40,203 bases of DNA. Source: Mycoplasmatales bacterium (GTDB lineage: Bacteria; Bacillota_I; Bacilli_A; Mycoplasmatales; JABAAY01). The stretch covers positions 1 through 40,203 of the forward strand of contig JABAAY010000004.1 in NCBI GenBank assembly GCA_014238525.1, read 5' to 3'. How positions within the stretch are numbered: the first letter of the stretch is position 1; every line of letters begins with the position of its first letter. Shown here piece after piece: positions 24,395 through 35,465 of the stretch. The translations under genes and the position numbers were made by a program. Below the pieces are notes generated by a model. The model saw only the letters and a list, made by a program, of their open reading frames with translations, had not been told where the DNA came from and ran no database searches.

Positions 24395-24823
24395 GTGGAA
24401 AAACCCAAAAAAGCTAGTGAAAACTCAAAAAGCGTAAAGTTTAATGATTTTTGAAGTAAATGAAAAGACAACCCTTACTTTAAAACTACATTAACGTTGG
24501 TAGGAGTCTTATTTTTTGGAATTCCGGGAATAATAATTGTAGGTATTGCCTCTCAATTTGTCGATTCAAATCCCTCAAGAATAGCCAATGATTTTTTCTT
24601 TCAATTAGGAATAGCCATGTTTTTGATTTTCATCTTTTTTTCTTTGTTTGAGGTTTATTTTTTTATTTTAGAAACCATAACTCTTATTGCAAAAAAAAGT
24701 AAATTGAAAAAAAGTTTTGCTGTCGGTGTTTCATCAGATGGTAAAACAATTCCTCACGATAAGAAAAGTACTGACTTAAAAAAAAGTGTTGATGTTAAGA
24801 AAACTTCGTCTAAAAAGAAATAA
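24395..24823 (+). CDS. Hypothetical 2-TM membrane protein, 142 aa
   Basis: GTG 24395 (6 nt after TATAAT), open through two TGAs; two hydrophobic helices and a Lys-rich C-terminal tail. Confidence 0.75.
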
Positions 24824-24827
24824 ATTC

Positions 24828-25277
24828 TTATTTGAATTTTAAATTTCTATTCATTTCTCTGTCTAAGTCTCGTTTTTGAATTTCTCGTTTTCTATCGTGT
24901 AATGTTTTTGGCTTTCCCAAACCGACGTCGACTTTAATTTTATTGTTTTTTCAGTACATTTTAACTGGAATAACTTGCAATTTTTTTTCATTTTTCTTTC
25001 GAATTATTCTAAAAATTTCCTTTTTGTTTAAAAGCAATTTTCTTGTTGCACTATCGTTGTAATTAGGATCGGTATTGAATTTATATTTATTTATTTTTGC
25101 ATTAATTAAAAAGGCTTCCTCGTTACGAAAAACTACATAAGAATCTCTTAAATCGATTTCATTTTTTCTAAGAGACTTTACTTCGCTTCCGCTTAATACT
25201 ATCCCCGCTTCGTAGTTATCAATAAATGTATATCTATAGTTTGCGTTTTTATTTTTTGTGATTATTTTAAATGCCAC
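24828..25277 (-). CDS. smpB: SsrA-binding protein
   Basis: YEAGIVLSGSEVKSLR, RKLLLNKKEI, MYW(TGA)KNNKIKV, HDRKREIQKRD. Confidence 0.97.
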
Positions 25278-25286
25278 TTTTTTATT

Positions 25287-25598
25287 TTAATTTAAAATTA
25301 AAGTAATTCCATTACTAATAAACATTTCAGTTGTTACAGGTGATTCAGCCCTAAACAAACGAGCAGAAAGTATGGCGATTACAAAAATTACGGCCACAGT
25401 TCCAAAAATAACATATTTAAAAACAATTTCTGAAGTTCTCTCTTTGGATTGCTGAAAGAGATTGGCATCGCTAGCACCAGTTAAGGCTTGTCCTAGTCCC
25501 TGAACCTTCCCACCTTGTAACAATACTAAGAAAATAACCACTATAGATAAAATAAAAACTATGATCTGTATGGCTTCAAGGGTATTGGCGTCTATCAT
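25287..25598 (-). CDS. secG: Preprotein translocase subunit SecG
   Basis: Two TMs with VLLQGGKVQGLGQALTGASDANLFQQSKERTSE; upstream of smpB. Confidence 0.93.
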   Translation of the reverse strand: MIDANTLEAIQIIVFILSIVVIFLVLLQGGKVQGLGQALTGASDANLFQQSKERTSEIVFKYVIFGTVAVIFVIAILSARLFRAESPVTTEMFISNGITLILN

Positions 25599-25679
25599 AG
25601 ATACTATTATAACTTTAAATAAAAATAATTCAAATAAAAACGATATCAAATAACCTGCAAATAATAATAAAATAAGTGT

Positions 25680-26075
25680 GTGAAGAATTATTCTACTGAT
25701 CCAAAAATAAAACAGGCACTCAATAAAATACACGTAACAAGTATTGTTGGTCTCTCCATATTTATGTTTTTGTTCATTGTTTTTTTAGTTATCGGTATAA
25801 GTATTGCTGTGCCTAATTCCGCTGATACTCAAAATAACACGGAAACATCAATAATAATCGGTATTGTTATCATTATTATCGGTTTTATCTTTTTTCTTAA
25901 TTCAATGATTTTTGCTAATAATTTGATTCGTGTGTGAAGATTAAGTAAAAGCTGAACGAGTTACCATTATTTTTTGATAAATGCAATCCTTATGTTTGTT
26001 CTCTTAAATTGAATTTTTGCAATAATAATGCTTTTCTCATATAGAAAAATAAACCAAATTTGCGCGAATAACTAG
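25680..26075 (+). CDS. Hypothetical membrane protein (about 3 TM), 131 aa
   Basis: GTG 6 nt after TAAAAT; open through TGAs to TAG 26075. Confidence 0.72.
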
Positions 26076-27304
26076 GACAAACTAGCACTAGGAATTCAAA
26101 ACGAGAGAAAAACAATATAGTTTATAGCAGTAAATATGATGCTGTTTCTCAACCTTAATTTAAATAAAAATTGAGAATAAAAAAAAGATAGGTTAACTGC
26201 CACAAGAGAGAGCAGTAAAATTGTGGGTATAAATGAGTCTGAATCCGACCTAATTACCTCCAAAGAGTTTTGATTACCGGAAATAATGTCACCAATAAAA
26301 ATCAAGGAAAAAGTGAACAAGTTGTCTAAAAATAAAGCCTGTAAACCTTCTTTTTGTCTGTTGTTTTTAAAAAGGAAAAAAGTACTGCTTATTTCTGGCA
26401 ATGCAGCACTTATGCCTAGAAATAGTCCTCCTGCTGACACTTCGCTTATTCCGTATCCTCCTCTAGAAACTGGTAACGACATAGCGTTGACAGTAGCAGA
26501 CTGCAGGAAACCAAATCCAGCTAAAAGACACGAAGAAACAATTATTAGGATTCATATCCGAATTTGTCGTTTAGTTTTACCGACTATTTTGGTTTCACTA
26601 TTGCCAACGTTCAAGTTTTCATTGATTTGTTCGTTTTTAATTTCTTTGTTTACGTCTTGTAGAATAAATAAACTGTGTTTTTTTTCCAATGACAATATTT
26701 TTTTTCTCTTATTTTCTTTTGCTCCTAAAATAATAAAAGCCGCTAAAGTTCCTATGTACATGAAGAATGTTAATGCTGAAAAGATAGAAAAATTTGCTCC
26801 GCCAATAAATACGGTTGTTGAGTTAACGGTTATACCAATAATTAAAAATGCAACAACAACCATGATAGCAATATATGATAGTAAGTTATCTCTGAAAACA
26901 TGTTTACCGACCAAATTCATTTTTTTGTTTTCTTTGATTGGTTTCTTTTTTGTTTTGTTTTTCATTTTTTGAAATGCAAATAAAATTAAAATATTTGTAC
27001 TGGCAATTATGACAAGAAAAACATTACTTCCGATAGCGCCAGTGATGCCAATGGTTGAATTGCCGAATGCTGATTGTGACACCATCCCGATTATTTCCGG
27101 AATGGTTGTTATAATAGGCAATAAAAGAAAAGTGAAAACAATTCCTAGATTAGAGTCTTTTTTGTAAAAATATTCAACCTGATCTATAAGAAGTTTAGCA
27201 GCAAGAACTACTCCGGCAGAAAAGAAAATAAAAGAGAATCACAAAATTGCAGGCTGAAAAAAGAATACGCTGGCTGGTATTCCGAATATGGTTGGTGGTT
27301 GCAC
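26072..27304 (-). CDS. Ca2+/cation antiporter (CaCA, Na_Ca_ex-like), 410 aa
   Basis: GTG 27304; alpha-1 ITTIPEI...GAIGSNVF and alpha-2 SAALPEI...LFLDNLF; two hydrophobic halves separated by a charged loop. Confidence 0.82.
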
Positions 27305-27310
27305 CTAAAA

Positions 27311-27320
27311 ATTATATAAT
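27311..27320. promoter_or_regulatory. Palindromic ATTATATAAT giving a -10 box on each strand
   Basis: Lies in the 24-nt gap between divergent starts GTG 27304 (-) and ATG 27329 (+). Confidence 0.65.
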
Positions 27321-27328
27321 AATAAACA

Positions 27329-27670
27329 ATGGCAATAAAATTTATTCATTCTAGGCGATTGAAAAAAATACTTCAAAATGAAAAATGATTTATTCTTGAT
27401 ATTAGGCCTCCTGATGATAATTTTGAGTCTCATATTGCTGGCAGCCTTAATATTTATATAGAAATGTTTTTTATGCCTAAAATTTTAGGAGTTTTTAAAA
27501 AAATACCAGAGAAAAAGAAAATTCTTGTCGTAACACGAAACGGAAGGAATTACATGCGCTTAGTGCAAACATTAAATGCACATGGTTGTAATAACGTCTT
27601 TGTATTAAAAAATGGATACGAGTCTTTAAACAAAAATGAACCTTATATTGAAAGTAAAAACATTTATTAA
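27329..27670 (+). CDS. Rhodanese-like single-domain protein lacking the active-site Cys
   Basis: FILDIRP, SHIAGSLNI, ILVVTRNGRN, VFVLKNGY; 113 aa. Confidence 0.85.
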
Positions 27671-27897
27671 TAATTGAAAGAAAGCAATTCACTTATGGTA
27701 ATTTCAAGCGCTTCGGCTATTTTTCAAATTGCTTTTATCGAGAGATTCCTTTTTCCTAATTCTACATCATTAATGTAATTGAAATGTAAATGAGCCTTGT
27801 CAGCAAGTTTTTTTTGAGTCATATTGCGTTTTATTCTTAATAATCTTAGATTTGCTCCAAATTTTGCAATTATTAAATCACTATCCTTCTTTAGCAT
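27667..27897 (-). CDS. XRE-family helix-turn-helix regulator, 76 aa (not in the ORF track)
   Basis: MLKKDSDLIIAKFGANLRLLRIKRNMTQKKLADKAHLHFNYINDVELGKRNLSIKAIW(TGA)KIAEALEITISELLSFNY. Confidence 0.92.
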
Positions 27898-28630
27898 ATT
27901 CAATTGCTCTCCTTAATATGTTATTTATTCCTGATATTGAAATGGGCTTCAGGTGTGTTGAGTTAAATATTTGACTTAGTTCTTTCAAGCTTGCAGAAGA
28001 ATTATTTTTTCTAAGCTCGCAAATCTCCAAAAACAATCCCTCTAATGATGGATGATAACGAGATGCAATAAGATTTATCGCACTTATTTGCTTTATTGCG
28101 GCTTTATCTGTTTTAATCTGATTTAGAATTTCAATATTGTTGGCTTTTACAATAGAATTTATAAACCCTGATTCAACGATGTTTTTTTCAAATTTCAAGA
28201 AAGATTTTGAGGCACCGAGTATTGCTAGAATATCGAGAATTTCTTCTGTTTTTTTCAAATAAAAAGTAGTTAGTCCATTTCTTTTGTATTTTTTGAATTG
28301 TGGCGAATATGAAGCAAACAATTTGCAAATTGTTTTTTCATTCTTGTAGTTATAGTTTCTTATCTCAAAATGAAGATTGCCCTTTTGAAAATTACTAATA
28401 CTTCCCTTGCTGAAAAAAGCTCCTTGGAGAAACGTAAAAAAACTTTTTTTAGTAAAGTCATTTACTGTAAAAACATAATCTTCTACTAGATACGATTGTT
28501 TTTGAAAATAACTGTGGTTAATTACCGAGTTTTTAGAAAGCAGTTTTATTCCAAGTAAAAAGTACTTTAACTCCTTTTCGTCACTTAAATTATTTAAAAC
28601 CTCTTCTTTTATATCTTTTGAAAAGCTCAT
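27881..28630 (-). CDS. whiA: DNA-binding protein WhiA
   Basis: MSFSKDIKEE, FLQGAFFSKGSIS, HFEI, ANNIEILNQIKT, SLKEL, ISISGINN. Confidence 0.92.
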   Translation of the reverse strand: MSFSKDIKEEVLNNLSDEKELKYFLLGIKLLSKNSVINHSYFQKQSYLVEDYVFTVNDFTKKSFFTFLQGAFFSKGSISNFQKGNLHFEIRNYNYKNEKTICKLFASYSPQFKKYKRNGLTTFYLKKTEEILDILAILGASKSFLKFEKNIVESGFINSIVKANNIEILNQIKTDKAAIKQISAINLIASRYHPSLEGLFLEICELRKNNSSASLKELSQIFNSTHLKPISISGINNILRRAIEYAKEG

Positions 28631-28631
28631 T

Positions 28632-29264
28632 TTATTTAATGTCTATAACCCTAACATCGTAGATTTTATGTATTTTTTCTGCCAATCATTCAGAAAATGA
28701 TTCAGCGATTTCTGTGTTTCCTTGTGAACCAACCCCTATTACTAAAGGAAAACCAAAATTTTGTTGCTTTAAAAAACTATTTACTGCCACCAGCGGATTG
28801 TTATGTCTTTTCTTGTTTTCACCAGAAATGCCTCATGCCCGAAGGTCTATTATAAAGTTAGTATCAGAAGGTATCCCGTTTTCAAAAGAAAATGTTTTCA
28901 AAATGACTACTTTGTTGTTGTCTGCAAAAACATCAATATACAAACTTAAAGTTTGTTCTACTTGGTTTTGGTGATATCCCGTTACATCTATTACGTGACT
29001 TCTTATTTTATAATTATCAAAAAAACCTAAGGAATGTCTTTTTTTCATGTGTCTGTTATAAAAATAAATTGCTTCTGGCCTTCTAAAAATCTTATTGAAC
29101 TCTAGCGTTTTGTCTTCTCATTGTTTGTTTTCATTTAAATATAGAAAAACATTTCCCGAAAAATATCTTTTTTTATACAGTTTATAAGCTGATTTTTTTA
29201 AGTAATAGAAAGCATATCCTTGTGATACTTTGTCATTGCCAGCAACAATTAATTGTAATGCCAT
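28632..29264 (-). CDS. rapZ: Degenerate RapZ/YvcJ-like protein, 210 aa
   Basis: ILKTFSFENGIPSDTNFIIDLRAW resembles the SFGFKxGxPxDxDxxxDxR motif; it sits upstream of whiA as yvcJ does in Bacilli. Confidence 0.7.
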
Positions 29265-30362
29265 TTATTTTTTTTTCTTGTTATGATCATCTTTAATAAA
29301 ATAATCAATCTCGCCTAATATTTCGTTGGCTAATTTTTTATTTTCTTTTTTTGAGTCGTAATGTTCGTCAACAACATTTTCAGGATTATTAAAGGACTCG
29401 GTATTTAAGAGTCTTTCTTCAGGAATGGGTTCATTCTTATCTACAGGCATTTTCTCAGGTTCAATGCCAATAATTTTAGCATTAACATCTGAATCAATTA
29501 GCCCTGTAGCCTTTGATGCGAAATGGCCTACGTGTGCTACTTGAGGTTTGTCCCTCTTTGGAAGAATTGCATAGTGTCAAACAATAATTCAAATAAGAGC
29601 TGCCAAAGAGAATATGACGATTATTATTGCCGATACAAAAGAGAAACTACCCCCTAAAATATCTGAAGAGTTCCGAAAGTTCTCAGTAATGGCTCGGAAC
29701 GCACCTCATCAAATCCCTGTTATTGCTGCCCCCATTCCAATTCTGTATCCCTTTATTTTTGGAAATACAAAAACAACAAGGAAGAACAAGGTTAAATTAG
29801 ATAATGCCTCGTATAGAAATAACGGTTGCAGAAAGCCGGTGTTGCTGGTACCGGGCAAATGGAAAAATTCCGCAATTACTCTGAAAAAATTGGAAATACT
29901 TGCAATATCGAACGGCACATTCAGAAATATTTCCTGATTAAAATAATTCCCAAGCCTTCCTACTGCCTGTCCAACGACTAATGCAGGAACAATAGCTTCA
30001 AAATAAGTGAATACTGATACTCCTGTTTTTCAAGATGATCATCATATCCCGCCAATAATAATTGGAACGCCAACGATAAGAGCTCCCAATATGGAAAATC
30101 CTCGAATTCCGCCTGCATCAATCCCGAAAAAGAGTCGTCAAAAGGCTATAAAACCTCCAATATTGTCTAATTCTCCACTAAATATTAGGGAGGCAAGTCT
30201 CGCTCCAAACAAAGCAAAAATAGCAAAAACAAAAAATCCTATTTCAACATGAAGTAAGTCTATTCCTCTTCGTTTTGACCTAACTAAACTTATAGCAAGA
30301 GCAATAAGTATTCCAGATGCAAAGAAAACACCATATCAATTAAACCCTGAAAAATCTACCAT
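29265..30362 (-). CDS. lgt: Prolipoprotein diacylglyceryl transferase with a charged C-terminal extension, 365 aa
   Basis: FNW(TGA)YG, FGARL, GQAVGRLGNYFNQE, QPLFLYE, FRAITENFR. Confidence 0.94.
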
Positions 30363-30420
30363 CTGTCTATTTCCATAATTAGTATTTTACAAAATTATAA
30401 GTTTATTTACCACTTATATT

Positions 30421-30852
30421 TTACTCAAATATGTCTAATGGGTTCACTCCTTTGGTATTGGAGTAAATGAAAAATGAAACTTGGTATACAAAAAGAAAAA
30501 CAACATTCACCATAAAAAACGCAAACCCAGAAACCGCTAAGTTTCAAATTTCCAAATAGTTGGCACCGAGATTAACATTCTGCTGTGCAATAATAATATT
30601 CCGTATTTCGAAAAGCGACTCGCTTGTCTCTCCCGTTAGCACATTTAAATTAATAGAACTTAAATCACCAAACATTAGAGGTCTGTTGAAGTTTATTAAA
30701 AAACCACATGTTAGTAAGATTGACGCGACTATCAAAACAATCACAAAGATGAATCAAACATAATACCAGGGAATTTTAAGCGCTTTTTTAAAATTTCTAA
30801 GACGTCTTTCTTTTTTGCTTAAAATTTTGTGTATTGTATTGGTTTCTGTCAT
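30421..30852 (-). CDS. Hypothetical 2-TM membrane protein, 143 aa
   Basis: ATG 30852; basic N-terminus, TM, ~50-aa loop, TM; open across TGAs. Confidence 0.75.
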
Positions 30853-30881
30853 ATTAAATTGCTTTTTTTAAAATCTTTATC

Positions 30882-31478
30882 CTACGAAGTGGGAGGGTTT
30901 GGAAATATTTCGACAAAATTAGTTGCATTAGCTTGCACACCGAATGAATTAGCATTTATTTGAGGTCTTTGATTCGAATCAAGTGATGCAGTTATAACTA
31001 TCATAAAACCAGGAGTATTGTTTGCAGCGCCTCCTCATATTCCTCTATTAGAAACTCCTCCAGAAGAAAGTGATGCTGTAACAAGTAACTCGGTAATTGT
31101 AATAGTAAACATGTTACTATCTTCGTCAAAGGCTACGTTAGAATTCTCCAAAGTGCCGATATAAACGTTATTTAATGTGATTGGTTCAAGATCTGTGTCG
31201 GTTGGACTGGCTGTGGGCGTTCCGCCCATCATATTGTTATAAATTAATACTCTTGCTCCTCGTACAAAGTCTCTTTGAATTTGAGTTTGGGGATTCTCGA
31301 GATTAAATATTCCAGAATCAAAATTATTAAGATCGTTCACTATTTCTTCAATATTGTCGGTTGTTGTTGTTCCAGTGGCACACATTTGAGCAACCGCTCC
31401 AATTGTTGTTGCGCCTGCAAGAGTTGTAATTCCTAATGCCGCGGAAATGATTTTTGTATTTTTGCTTTTTTTATTCAT
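30882..31478 (-). CDS. AQxC-family lipoprotein, 198 aa
   Basis: AVAQM-C33; AGAAGG SD upstream; extends past TGA 31035 to TAG 30882. Confidence 0.85.
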
Positions 31479-31504
31479 GTAAATATAACCTTCTTGTTAT
31501 TATT

Positions 31505-34342
31505 TTAATACTTTTTTAAAATTTTTTGTAAATATAAAGCGGTATAGCCGTTCTGCTTTTCAACAATCTGCTCTGGCGTTCCTTTAGTGACTACTTCTCC
31601 TCCGAATTGTCCTCCGTCGGGACCCAAGTCGATGATATAGTCAGCAACCTTTATTACTTCCAAATTGTGTTCAATAACAACTACTGTATCTCCGTTATTC
31701 ACTATTCAATCTAAAACCTCTATTAGTTTTTTTACATCATCTGTATGCAAACCTGTCGTAGGTTCGTCCATTATGTATATGCTTTTCCCGGTTGGCTTTT
31801 TTTGTAAAAAGGTCGCAAGTTTAACTCGTTGAGCTTCTCCACCAGACAATTGTGTGGCTGGTTGCCCTAGTTTAATATATCCCAAGCCTACATCGAAAAT
31901 AATGTTTAGCTTACCCATGATTTTTGGATGATTCTCTCAAAAAATTAAGGCCTTTTCAATTGTCATATTCAAAATGTCAAAAATGTTTTTTCCTTTATAT
32001 CTAATTTGCAAAGTTTCATTATTGTATCTTTTGCCTTTACATTCTTCGCACTCCACAAAAACATCGGGTAAAAAATTCATGGATATTCTTAAGACTCCAT
32101 CACCTTCACATTTTTCGCATCGCCCTCCCCGAACATTAAACGAGAATCTTCCTTTTAAGTAACCTCTGATTTTTGATTCTGGAGTATCCGCGAAAACATC
32201 TCTTATTTCGTTAAACACACCTGTATAAGTTGCTGGGTTGCTTCGAGGCGTTCTTCCAATTGGATCTTGCGAAATATTTATGATTTTATCGACATAATTA
32301 CTTCCTTTTATTTCTTTATAAGCCGCAGGTTTAATATTTAAATATTTTTTTTCGTGTAGTAACCCCTTGTATAGGGTCTCATTTATTAAAGTAGACTTTC
32401 CACTTCCACTAACGCCTGTAACACAAATGAACTTGCCCAATGGAAAAGTAACATTTATGTTTGCGAGGTTGTTTCCTTTGGCTCCTTTTATTTCTATTTT
32501 TTTAGAATTACCGCCTCTTCGTTTACGAGGAATGGGAATAGTTTTTTTCTGAGCCATATATTGACCAGTTAATGATTTATCGTTTTCCATTAGTTCTTCG
32601 GGAGTTCCTTCAGCAACTATATTTCCACCGTGAATTCCTGCACCAACGCCCAGGTCTACAATTCAGTCGGCTGATTCTAAAGTTTCTTCATCGTGCTCCA
32701 CAACAATTAAAGTATTTCCTAAATCCCGCATTTTTTTAAGTGTTTCAATTAATTTTTTGTTATCTTTTTGATGTAGTCCGATTGAGGGTTCGTCAAGAAC
32801 ATATAAAACCCCCGTCAAGTGTGAACCAATTTGAGTAGCAAGCCTAATTCTTTGTGCTTCTCCGCCACTTAGGGTTTGTGAACTTCTAGATAAATTCAGA
32901 TAACTCAATCCTACATTTTGCAAAAATTCTAATCTATGTAAAATTTCATTCAAAACCAATTTTGCAATTTGGAATTCTTTATCAGTTAACTTTAAGTTTT
33001 TTGTAAATAGTACAGCGTCATTAATATCCTTTTGAACAAAATCATCTATGTTAATATCATTTAATTTAACACTTAACGCTTCTTCGTTAAGTCTTTTCCC
33101 TAAACACTGTAAACACTTTTTATCGCTCATAAATTTCTTATAAAATTTTCGGGCGCCTTCACTGCTAGTTTCCATATATCTTCTTTCGATCAATCTTGCA
33201 ATGCCTTCTATATAATCATATTTTTCATATCTATTGCCACTTTTGGTTACTATCACATAGTGAATTTCTTCATCGCTGCCTCTCATTAAAATTTTTACTT
33301 CGCTTGGTGTGAAATTACTATAGGGAGTATTTAAGTCTATATTATAGTGATCACAAAGCTTTTTAAAATTTTGTCACTCGATGTTCATTGTTCCAATTAT
33401 GTTTTTTATATATTCTATTGCACCTGCATTTAGTGTTTTACTTTTGTCTGGGACAAGAATGTCGGTATCAACTTCGAGCCTTACCCCAAGCCCCTTACAC
33501 GCGGAACACGCGCCCACAGGTGAGTTAAAACTAAATAATCTTGGTTCTAAATCTGAAATTGAAAATCCGCATTTTTTACAAGAATGTTTCTGAGAATAAA
33601 GAACTTCTTCTTTATCCAGAAAATTAACTAATACTAGTCCCCTTCCGTAATTTGCAGCAACCTCCACCGCCTCATATAGTCTAGAATTAGTCTCTGCTTC
33701 TTTATTTAAAATCAACCGATCAATAACAATCTCCACATTATGTTTTTGATTTTTATTAATGTTTATTTCATCATCCAAAGAAACAGTAACTCCGTCAATT
33801 CGAATCCTTAGAAAACTTTCTTTTCTTAATTGTTCAACAAGTAAATGATGCCCACCTTTTTGTGATCTAACGACTGGTGATAAAATTTCTATTTTTTGTC
33901 CTTCGTCGTGAGTGTTTATTTGATCAACAATTTCTTGTACAGTTTGCGCTTGAATGATTCCGTGATTTTTAGGACAGTGTGGGTTACCAATTCTGGAAAA
34001 CAATAATCTAAGATAGTCATATATTTCGGTAACGGTTCCAACCGTACTTCTTGGGTTGTGGCTAGTTGATTTTTGGTCGATGGAAATAGAAGGCGACAAT
34101 CCTTCGATTGATTCGACATCAGCTTTGCTGACTGAATGGAGAAATTGTCTTGCATATGAACTCATAGACTCAACATATCTTCTTTGCCCTTCAGCATAAA
34201 TAGTATTAAACGCTAAAGAGGTTTTGCCGCTTCCGCTAACTCCGCTGAAAACAACCAACTTGTTTTTTGGAATATTAAGACTAACAGATTTTAAATTGTG
34301 TTGTTTCGCTTTTTTTACAATGATGAAATCTTTTGTGTTCAT
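31505..34342 (-). CDS. uvrA: Excinuclease ABC subunit A, 945 aa
   Basis: Two Walker A motifs (GVSGSGKT/S), two LSGGEAQR, zinc fingers; five fragments in frame across TGA. Confidence 0.98.
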
Positions 34343-34402
34343 TATAGTTATTTTACTGAAAAATTGATTTTAAACAAAATTAAAATTACGCGATAAAAGT
34401 TT

Positions 34403-34408
34403 TATAAT
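34403..34408 (+). promoter_or_regulatory. -10 box of a probable leaderless lipoprotein transcript
   Basis: TATAAT 6 nt before ATG 34415. Confidence 0.6.
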
Positions 34409-34414
34409 TGTGAA

Positions 34415-35404
34415 ATGAAGAAAAAATACAAAAAAATATTCAAAATATTTTCGTTATCCTCAATAGGTGCGTCTTCAACTGTTCTGGTTGCTCAATCGTG
34501 TTCCAATATTCCTTCTGCTCCTCCGGAAATTCTCAATGATTTAAGTATTATCTTTGCCAACTTAAATCATAATAATTTGAATGTGAACACGTCTCCTGAA
34601 ACGGAAGTGATACTGGATAGTTTTTTAGATGTGATTAATGCTTCTACTTCCCTCCAAAGCATTGATGAAAATTTTGATGAAATTTTAGCAATGAATAATC
34701 TTTCTGTACAAAGTATAACGGACGAGGGTGGTGGTGCTTTTCGTATATCCTTGCCTACAACAGTCACAATAGAGGTCAGAAATTCCAAAATTTCTGCCTC
34801 ACAAACAACAATAAAATTGCAAAATACCACAATTAATTTTTTTCTTGTTGTTAGAACATCTAATGATTCAGAAATAAATTTTTCAACCGTTTCACTTCCT
34901 AATAATGATTTTGAATATGTCTTTGATAGGGATTATTCAAACTCTCAAATAAACAGTTTATTTACTAGCACTATTTTAGAAACAATTAACGCTACTTCTC
35001 CTACGAAGGGATCTTTATTAAGAAGTTCTGCGAATGATAATGCAAATTTTAATTTACTGGAAACAGAAATCAATGGCAATTATAATTTTTTAAGTGTTCG
35101 TGGTTTTGTTCACAAACTAAATTCTTTATTGCTTTCGCCTAACTCAACATTTACAAATGGAATTTTTGCTCCACTTGAAGGCGGAGAATACGGAATTTCC
35201 TTAACTTGAGACAACATGAGTCGAACTGGGATTTTAACTTTTAGTGATTCCTCGGTTTTTTCTAGAGTGGAAATGGATGGAACTGTTGTTAACGATTCTT
35301 GATTAGAAAATAATACAGAAGTGTTTACAAACTTTCGTTCTCCCTTAAATTTGTCTTTTACAATTGTGCAAACAAGTTCTGAATTGGCAACCTTTCTATT
35401 TTAA
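34415..35404 (+). CDS. AQxC-family lipoprotein, 329 aa
   Basis: MKKKYKKIFK...VLVAQS-C29; open to TAA 35404. Confidence 0.83.
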
Positions 35405-35465
35405 CTATGATTGAGTTTTTTATTTGTTATAATACAAATCAATCTAGTCATGGTTTTAGTAATTA

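Noticed and set aside
25599-25733. 45-aa N-terminal extension of SecG in the ORF track
   Set aside because: It overlaps the divergent gene and its promoter; ATG 25598 has a -10 box 7 nt upstream and gives a normal SecG.
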